From contig NZ_CP042905.2 in the NCBI RefSeq assembly GCF_008000775.2, positions 3,420,001 to 3,452,000 on the forward strand: a stretch of 32,000 nucleotides of DNA. The letters run 5' to 3'. Under the pieces are notes generated by a model. The model saw only the letters and a list, made by a program, of their open reading frames with translations. It searched no databases and had not been told where the DNA came from. This DNA is from Promethearchaeum syntrophicum (lineage in GTDB: Archaea; Asgardarchaeota; Lokiarchaeia; Sigyniarchaeales; Promethearchaeaceae). A program made the translations under genes and the position numbers. Below are positions 26,164 to 32,000 of the stretch, one piece after another (within the stretch, counting starts at the first letter, position 1; every line of letters starts with the position of its first letter).

Positions 26164-27177
26164 TTGATATTGGATGTAGTTTGGGGGTGGATTCCATTTT
26201 CTCTTGCGGTATGGTCGGGATTCTTTTTAGGACTTCTTCATACACTAATGCCTTGTGAAGATAAATTTATCTTCTGTTTTTATGCTTTTGGAGTTAGTAG
26301 AGACTGGAAACAAGCATTTCGAATTGTAAACTTCTATGGATTTGGTTTATTCCTAACAAACCTTATAATTGGAGCGATTTTATCATATATTTCTTCAATT
26401 TTAGGACAGACATTACTGGAAAATCTTGAGGAGTATAGATTTTTAATAAATGCGCTTTCTGGAATATTTTTAATAATAAGTGGATTAATCATGCTTTTTC
26501 AAGTATTGAAAAAAAAATATTGGCCCCATAGCGATCAACTTCAAGAATTGATTGAAAATTTACCAACATTACGCTCAAGGAAGCGAACGGGATTTCTTTT
26601 AGGTGTTTTAGCAGGGATTCCACCTTGCATTTTCGAAATAGGAGTATATACTTATGCTTCTTTAACATCAGCAACCAATGGGTGGGGTAATGGAGTCTGG
26701 ATTGTATTCTTTTTTGGAATTGGGACTTGGTTGGGATTAATTCCATTGGCGATTCTCGGTACAATGAGTGGTAAACTTTCAAAAGTTATGCAAAAATCAT
26801 CTATGGCTCGGTTTCATTTTAAAATTTCGCGCAATAAAAAGAAAAAAAAGGATGAATCACATGAAACTGAAGCAATTGAGAGCAATACCACTGATTCGGA
26901 ACAAACTAAAAGTTCATTTAATTTAGAAATCATTAGTGCAGGATTTATGATTGTAATAGGTATTATTTTTCTAATTTTTGCGATTTTAAACATTAATATT
27001 ATTCCATTAGAGGAGGTTCCACGTACAACTTGGCCTTTCAATGAAGATAATGTGCACTATTTTTGGATTGGATCCTTAATTTTATTTATTCTTGGTATTT
27101 TAACCTATGTTTTTACAAATCAAGTTAAAAAATCGAAATTTAGAGAGGAAGAAAAATTCCTTGAAACAATTAAGTAA
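26164..27177 (+). CDS. Polytopic membrane protein, possibly of the DsbD_2/CcdA-like family, with a Lys-rich cytoplasmic insert.
   Basis: It has about 7 TM helices. Two membrane-embedded Pro-Cys motifs are present (LLHTLMPCEDK and GIPPCIFEIG). The charged insert reads RNKKKKKDESHETEAIESN. The TTG start is forced, since there is no in-frame ATG before TM1. The family call is weak. Confidence 0.45.
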   Translation: MILDVVWGWIPFSLAVWSGFFLGLLHTLMPCEDKFIFCFYAFGVSRDWKQAFRIVNFYGFGLFLTNLIIGAILSYISSILGQTLLENLEEYRFLINALSGIFLIISGLIMLFQVLKKKYWPHSDQLQELIENLPTLRSRKRTGFLLGVLAGIPPCIFEIGVYTYASLTSATNGWGNGVWIVFFFGIGTWLGLIPLAILGTMSGKLSKVMQKSSMARFHFKISRNKKKKKDESHETEAIESNTTDSEQTKSSFNLEIISAGFMIVIGIIFLIFAILNINIIPLEEVPRTTWPFNEDNVHYFWIGSLILFILGILTYVFTNQVKKSKFREEEKFLETIK

Positions 27178-27179
27178 AA

Positions 27180-28106
27180 TTAAATAGGAAAGATTTTCAT
27201 ATTTTTTTTTAATTTTCTCATCCCTTCAGAATAAATATCCATTCTATTATAGTTTAAACCAAATTGAAAATAAGGAACACAGGTGCGGGAATATAGGAAT
27301 TTCATTCTATTAAAAAAATTTTCTTCCTTAATCCCCTTATAGTTGTCTAAAATATGTTTTAGAAAAATTTTTCCTTCATCGTAAAAAAGGAAATCAGCAG
27401 CTGGATCAAAAATACTTGATTCTTCAAAATCTATGATTCCAGTAATGTTGTAACTCTTGGGGTCAACTAGAATATTCGACGTATCGAAATCTCCATGAAT
27501 GACACAAGGAGTAAATTCAAAATTCTGATTATCTTCTAAAAAATCTGAGAATACATTGTCTAACCAATTTTTTTGCTTAGAGTTTAATTTAGGAATTATA
27601 TCTTTTCTCATTTCCTTATTTATTTTCATCCAATAATTACGATATTCTTTTATGGATAATGGTTTTAATTCTGAAGATTCGTCTAATCTTAATGAATGTA
27701 ATTCTGATAAAAAATGAGCAATTTGATTTGCTACTTTTTGCTTCTGAGTTTTATTTAATTCATTAAAACATTTAGATAACGAAACACCAGGAATTTTCTC
27801 GTAAACCATGAATGGATTTTCTGTATTCAATGAAAAATGAAGAGGTTTTGGAATTTTAAATGATAAGAAAGATCGTAAGAGATTTAAAATATCAATTTCA
27901 TTTTTAATTAATTGCGATCCTTTCTCATTTCTTAGAGATTTATCAGGAAAGCGCGCTATGAAGCGATTTTCCACTTGAAAAACATTATACGTCCCATGGT
28001 AGAAAAAGTGAATGTTTTTCTTTAAAAGATCAGGAAAAAACTCCGTAAGAGCAGAATATACTGTTGAAAGTGATATATCTGAAGGAATATTATCTTCAAA
28101 ACCCAT
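27180..28106 (-). CDS. APH-fold (aminoglycoside phosphotransferase / choline-kinase-like) small-molecule kinase.
   Basis: Brenner motif VIHGDFDTSNILVD is followed by GIIDFEESSIFDPAADF, and the N-lobe-like start reads FFYHGTYNVFQV. The substrate cannot be determined from the sequence. Confidence 0.8.
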   Translation of the reverse strand: MGFEDNIPSDISLSTVYSALTEFFPDLLKKNIHFFYHGTYNVFQVENRFIARFPDKSLRNEKGSQLIKNEIDILNLLRSFLSFKIPKPLHFSLNTENPFMVYEKIPGVSLSKCFNELNKTQKQKVANQIAHFLSELHSLRLDESSELKPLSIKEYRNYWMKINKEMRKDIIPKLNSKQKNWLDNVFSDFLEDNQNFEFTPCVIHGDFDTSNILVDPKSYNITGIIDFEESSIFDPAADFLFYDEGKIFLKHILDNYKGIKEENFFNRMKFLYSRTCVPYFQFGLNYNRMDIYSEGMRKLKKNMKIFPI

Positions 28107-28158
28107 TAATTAAAATTTTCTTTTCTTCATATATTAATTAACACTTCAAAATTTTAAT

Positions 28159-28929
28159 GTGATTTCTGGATTATTAAAATTTGTTAATGGGCGAAGGATG
28201 AATAGCATGGGACTAAGAGATATAGAAGACAGAGCAAAAATGCGAGAATTAATGAAAAAAAAAGCAGCAGAATTACGCATGCATAGGCTTGAAACCGAAA
28301 CTGCGATCACAAAAATGACGAAAGAAAAATTAGCAGATATTGCCAAGAAACACGGAGTTATCCTTGCTCTAGATCCTGATATGAAAGATGTAGTTGAAGA
28401 AATCCGTAAAAAATATAATATTCCTAAAGAACGAATAATTAGAGAACAAATCACTGAAGGAGATGTTCTAAAGAGTGGAAGAAAAATCATATATAAAAAT
28501 TTAGCAATGTTCACTTACCAACGCATAATGTTGGAAAAAACTGAAACTGGGGGGTTACTTACTTTACCTGATGTCTTTGATAGGGTAAATACGGGAATTT
28601 TAAAGAATAGGATTACAATTGGCGATGTTGAAAGAGCAGTTAAGATTCTAAAAAAAGATAATGTAATCCCTGAAATTAATAGATTACCGAGTGGAGTTTT
28701 AGCCATTTCATTTTTCCCAGTTCAATATACCCAGGATCAAACTTCTATCTTAGAAATTGTGAAGAATGATGGTGTTATCAATACAGGCGATGTTTGTAAA
28801 GCTTTAAATTGGACCGTTGATCGTGCGGAAAGAGCTCTCCAGAACTTAGTAGATACGCGCGTTGCAAGGATTACAGAAACCTTTAGAACAGGTAAACAAT
28901 ATTTCTTCCCAAGTTTAAAAATAAATTGA
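28159..28929 (+). CDS. ESCRT-II EAP30-domain protein (Vps22/Vps36-like).
   Basis: By eye, the C-terminal ~130 aa align with human SNF8/VPS22. GGLLTLPDVFDRV matches GGLITLEELHQQV. DVERAVKILKK matches DLIRAIKKLKA. ILEIVKNDGVINTGDVCKALNWTVDRAERALQNLV matches VLQLAEKNGYVTVSEIKASLKWETERARQVLEHLL. QYFFPSL matches HYWLPAL. The track start is GTG 28159; ATG 28198 or 28207 is more likely. Confidence 0.85.
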   Translation: MISGLLKFVNGRRMNSMGLRDIEDRAKMRELMKKKAAELRMHRLETETAITKMTKEKLADIAKKHGVILALDPDMKDVVEEIRKKYNIPKERIIREQITEGDVLKSGRKIIYKNLAMFTYQRIMLEKTETGGLLTLPDVFDRVNTGILKNRITIGDVERAVKILKKDNVIPEINRLPSGVLAISFFPVQYTQDQTSILEIVKNDGVINTGDVCKALNWTVDRAERALQNLVDTRVARITETFRTGKQYFFPSLKIN

Positions 28930-28948
28930 GTGAAAAAAGCGATACAAT

Positions 28949-29533
28949 CTATGAAAACTTAAATTTAATACCAAATTGGTCTTTATCAATTTCAACCATA
29001 TCTGCTTTTCCTTGTTTTTCAATTTTTTTGAAAATTTCTCTGAGATCTTCAACTGGTAATGCCGCAAATTCTTGATCTGAATTTCGAATATCCGGAATCA
29101 TGATAACATCAAAAATAGCATGATCTTGAGCCCATTTCTCTATTACCGAAACCCATTCTTCAATAGATTTCCAGTAGACTCGTAATGCTTCCTTTTTCTT
29201 AATCCATTTTCCTAAATTTTTTTCAACCAAACCCTCTGCGAGTTCATTAATTGCATTTTTTCGATCAATAAATTTATTAAACGGTTTCTCAGTTAGAAGC
29301 CTTTTGAGAAAGATAATATGAAATGTCCCAACTTTCGCATAATCGAGTAGAACTTGAGACCATTCATCTCTCCAAGACATATAATCGTCTTTATTTTTCT
29401 TTTTATTTGGGACCGAATACATAAATCCATATTGAGGTAATTCAATCCATTCATGTAATTCAATTAGTTTTTCATAAGGTGATTTTTCGGCAATTAACGT
29501 TTCAGAAGCAACTTCTTCTTCTAATGCTATCAT
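28949..29533 (-). CDS. vps25: ESCRT-II Vps25-like protein (tandem winged helix).
   Basis: By eye it aligns with human VPS25. [23 protein letters not shown] matches [62 protein letters not shown] matches EFHGLDEATLLRALQALQQEHKAEIITVSDGRGVKFF. The upstream 84 codons are also open in frame (see findings). Confidence 0.85.
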
Positions 29534-29827
29534 GTCTTTTTCTATTTCTACATCACTAATTGAAATCTCAAAAACTTTTTCACCCTTTGTAGCACTTGAA
29601 ATTCCCTTATCGATCGATGACTCTAAGGTTTCTAAACCATCCTCCGATTCTTGTGTTTCAATAGAACTTAATTGCGATTCTAATTCTTCTAATCTTTTAA
29701 GCTTCTCTAATTTTTTTTGCTTATCCTTTTCTTTCTGTTTTAAGATTTCCGAATCTTTATCTCTTACTTTTTCCGCGATTTCTCTTCACCTGTCATCTGT
29801 CATCTGTGATTTTTTAATGGCAATTAC

Positions 29828-31057
29828 CTATCCGCCAAATTCTCCTCTCCATTTTTCGAATTTTTCAATTTCTGAATCCGAAACAACAGGCTTTATGTTT
29901 TCTAATACCTTAATAAAATCTTCTCGAGTAATTTTCCGTAAGGTGAAATCATTATTTGAACTTGATAATTGCCCAGAAACATCCAATTCGCGTACTGGTA
30001 ACATTACAACTTCACGACATACAGTGGCAATATCTGAACCAGAATATCCTTCAGAAATTTCCCCTAATTCTTTGAAATCGACCGTTTCATCCATCTCGAC
30101 TTCTTTAGTGCAAAGTTCAAAGATTTTAGTTCGCCCTTCCACAGTAGGAAGACCACAATATATCTTTTTTTCAAACCTCCGAAGAACAGCATTATCAATA
30201 TCCCATGGAAGATTGGTTGCACCCATTAAAGTCACCAATTTGTCACTAGAACTTTTAACTCCTTGCATTTCCTGTAGAAATTGCGTTTTAATTCTTCGTT
30301 CTCCCCCACCTTCATGACCTCCTCCTCTTTTTCCTGCAAGACTGTCAACTTCATCCATAAAAATTAAAGAAGGAGCGTCTAAACGAGCTACTTTGAATAA
30401 TGTTTTTAGTAATTTTTCTGATTCACCTAACCATTTTGAAACTAAACTAGCAGAATCGGCAGCAAAAAATTGTACTCCACATTCATTTGCAGCCGCTTTT
30501 GCTATCAAAGTTTTCCCGCAACCGGGTGGACCAAATAATAGTATACCACGCCAAGGTTTTCGTGCACCTCTGAAAAGTTCGGGATGAGACATTGGTAGAA
30601 CTACCGCCTCTCTAATTGCTTGTTTTGGGTTCTCCATTCCTGCAACGTCACCCCATGTGATAGTTGGACGTTCAGTTATAATGGTTCCTTCAATAGTTTT
30701 TCTTAATTCCTTCTCATCATCAGACATTTCTGCATCTTCTTCAGATTCTCCTGATTCTTCACCAGTTTTATCTTTCCTATTACTTTTATTGGGAACCCGA
30801 CCAGAAGGAACTTTGAGTTTCTTATTTTTAAGTTGAGTTAGCATATCTGCACGTTTAAAGTACTGAAGGGCTTTTTCTTGAGCCAGTTTTTTCAATTTGG
30901 TGTTTTTACAGAATTTAGCAAATTCATTGAGTGTCTCGGTGGCATTTAAATATTTATCAGCCGCTTCATCAAATTGTTTTTGCTTATCAAGTTCAATTGC
31001 TTCATTAGCTAGTTTTATCGCAGCATTAAAGATTTTGTTATCAGAACTCATTTCCAA
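29828..31057 (-). CDS. vps4: Vps4 / CdvC-type AAA+ ATPase (MIT domain + AAA+ + C-terminal helix).
   Basis: The N-terminal MIT-like three-helix region reads AIKLANEAIELDKQKQFDEAADKYLNA...ALQYFKRADML. An acidic linker follows. The conserved stretch is TWGDVAGME..KQAIREAVVLP...PELF.G.RKPWRGILLFGPPGCGKT (Walker A). Walker B is IFMDEVDS, sensor-1 is MGATNLPWDID and the Arg finger is LRRF. Confidence 0.95.
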   Translation of the reverse strand: MEMSSDNKIFNAAIKLANEAIELDKQKQFDEAADKYLNATETLNEFAKFCKNTKLKKLAQEKALQYFKRADMLTQLKNKKLKVPSGRVPNKSNRKDKTGEESGESEEDAEMSDDEKELRKTIEGTIITERPTITWGDVAGMENPKQAIREAVVLPMSHPELFRGARKPWRGILLFGPPGCGKTLIAKAAANECGVQFFAADSASLVSKWLGESEKLLKTLFKVARLDAPSLIFMDEVDSLAGKRGGGHEGGGERRIKTQFLQEMQGVKSSSDKLVTLMGATNLPWDIDNAVLRRFEKKIYCGLPTVEGRTKIFELCTKEVEMDETVDFKELGEISEGYSGSDIATVCREVVMLPVRELDVSGQLSSSNNDFTLRKITREDFIKVLENIKPVVSDSEIEKFEKWRGEFGG

Positions 31058-31393
31058 TAAAGAATAATCTTTACAAACTTTAATATTCTATTTATTTTTT
31101 AATCAATAAAAATCCCAATAAGAATGAATTAAGAATGATAATTTCAAAATTATTAAGTTTAACCTTCATGATCCTTTGCTTTGCATTGAAAAATTCATGA
31201 ATATCTGCATATTTTTAGCCTCGATTTCAGTTTTCTTAATATATTTAAGAGGTCATTGCCAATAAATATGAATCTACTCAATTCCAGTGTACGAACGCCA
31301 GAGAACGAATCAAATATACTTTAAAAAATAAAGTACTAAAAAATGCAAAGCTATTAATAGATTAAAGTTCTTAAAATAATAAAGGTTATAAAA

Positions 31394-32000
31394 ATGGATA
31401 AACATAATTTTACAGCTGAATCAGTTGATTTGAAAAAAATCGAAAAAAACGCATTTTTAATCTATTTTCAAGATGGAATTTGGGATATGTTGCTTGGATG
31501 GGTGCTTATTTCTTTTGGAATAGCGGCATTACTTTATGATATCCTTCCAATACCGCTGAACTCCTTATTCGGTATGATTTTATTCACCTTTGGTCTAATA
31601 ATGTATTTTCTGATAAAATTCCGAATTATAATGCCAAGAATCGGTTATGTTAAATTCTCTCCTAGCCGAAAAAAGAATACGTTAATTTTAGGAGTAGCAA
31701 TAACCTCCTTCCTCATTATAACAGTTGTGTTTTCAATTTTGGTATGGACCGGAGTAATAAGTTCAACTGTAACCCCTGGAACCAATATGGCTTTAGTCTT
31801 TGCACTGATACCGCTTATTATTTTTAGTGTATTGTCTTTTATCCTAAAATTTCCTAGAATGTTTTTAATTGGTGTCTTTTTTGCTTTAGCAATGTTCTTT
31901 ACGGAATATTGGAACCGTTCTGGAGAAGATCTATTAGGGTCTTTAGCTCAATTTTTCGCAGGAATTCCGGTTTTTTTATGGGGAATCGTGTATTTCATCA
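31394..32000 (+). CDS. Multi-pass membrane protein of unknown function (partial; runs off the right edge).
   Basis: I translated manually from ATG 31394 and found no stop through 32000 (202 codons). Hydrophobic helices repeat, for example MLLGWVLISFGIAALLY, LFGMILFTFGLIMYFLI, LILGVAITSFLIITVVFSILVW and MALVFALIPLIIFSVLSFIL. It is absent from the ORF track because it has no stop in the window. Confidence 0.7.
   Translation, partial: MDKHNFTAESVDLKKIEKNAFLIYFQDGIWDMLLGWVLISFGIAALLYDILPIPLNSLFGMILFTFGLIMYFLIKFRIIMPRIGYVKFSPSRKKNTLILGVAITSFLIITVVFSILVWTGVISSTVTPGTNMALVFALIPLIIFSVLSFILKFPRMFLIGVFFALAMFFTEYWNRSGEDLLGSLAQFFAGIPVFLWGIVYFI

Noticed and set aside
25877-27041. ORFs at 25877..26077 (+), 26489..26782 (-) and 26814..27041 (-).
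   Set aside because: They are antisense to the methyltransferase and to the polytopic membrane protein respectively, and have no motifs.
28146-28706. Two minus-strand ORFs (28146..28514 and 28515..28706) opposite the EAP30 gene.
   Set aside because: They are antisense shadows of a gene with clear SNF8/Vps22 similarity. They are hydrophobic and low-complexity, with no motifs.
29786-29788. Reading the in-frame TGA upstream of Vps25 as selenocysteine.
   Set aside because: I recognised no SECIS-like element, and nothing in the context (Arg-TGA-Arg in a coiled coil) suggests a redox-active Sec site. A sequencing error, a nonsense mutation or read-through is more parsimonious. The locus is kept as a finding, but not as a Sec claim.
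29532-30317. 261-aa plus-strand ORF spanning the Vps25-Vps4 gap and the 3' part of Vps4.
   Set aside because: It is antisense to the strongly supported Vps4 CDS. It encodes Ser/Leu/Phe-rich low-complexity sequence, typical of a shadow frame opposite purine-rich (GAA/AAA) codons. Its only value is in showing that the 'gap' has coding-like composition.
30393-30587. 64-aa plus-strand ORF inside Vps4.
   Set aside because: It is antisense to the Walker A region of Vps4.
31135-31200. 21-codon hydrophobic micro-ORF (MIISKLLSLTFMILCFALKNS) in the Vps4 upstream spacer.
   Set aside because: It is too short, has no SD or conserved context that I can assess, and is expected by chance in 336 bp of AT-rich DNA.
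1-32000. Search for CRISPR arrays, tRNA/rRNA genes, inteins and large direct repeats.
   Set aside because: I saw no regularly spaced repeats, no tRNA-like GC-rich cloverleaf segments (T-loop GTTCRANYC with flanking stems) and no intein-sized insertions in pheS, pheT, the ATPases or Vps4. Negative by eye only; tRNAscan, Infernal and a CRISPR finder would be decisive.

Overview
This is an AT-rich, densely coding archaeal chromosomal window of roughly one-third G+C by eye. I found no rRNA, tRNA or CRISPR array by eye. The housekeeping genes are a two-subunit archaeal/eukaryal-type PheRS (pheS-pheT), an archaeal-type phosphopantetheine adenylyltransferase, an acylphosphatase and a SAM methyltransferase. 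Accessory or unusual content is interleaved with them:
- A 1544-aa LamG/Ig-repeat surface glycoprotein is translationally coupled to a cytosolic longin-like/winged-helix protein.
- An orphan receiver domain sits next to a divergently transcribed AAA_5 (MoxR-like) ATPase and an HExxH-VWA protein.
- Two RNases, RNase PH and RNase III, look bacterial in type.
- A SERCA-like P-type ATPase has its canonical ion-site residues replaced.
- One intact IS4/ISH3-like insertion sequence has inverted repeats and a target-site duplication. It is inserted just upstream of a HEAT-repeat/polyprenol-kinase-like gene pair.
- There is one decayed gene region.

The most notable content is at the right end. It carries a eukaryote-type ESCRT module: an EAP30/Vps22-36-like protein, a Vps25-like protein and Vps4 (MIT + AAA+). 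Together with the archaeal housekeeping genes, this points to an Asgard (Lokiarchaeia-like) archaeon. Between Vps4 and Vps25 lies an 84-codon stop-free coiled-coil-like stretch, in frame with Vps25 and cut off from an in-frame ATG by a single TGA. All functional calls rest on motif recognition and by-eye alignment to remembered family sequences; no searches were run.
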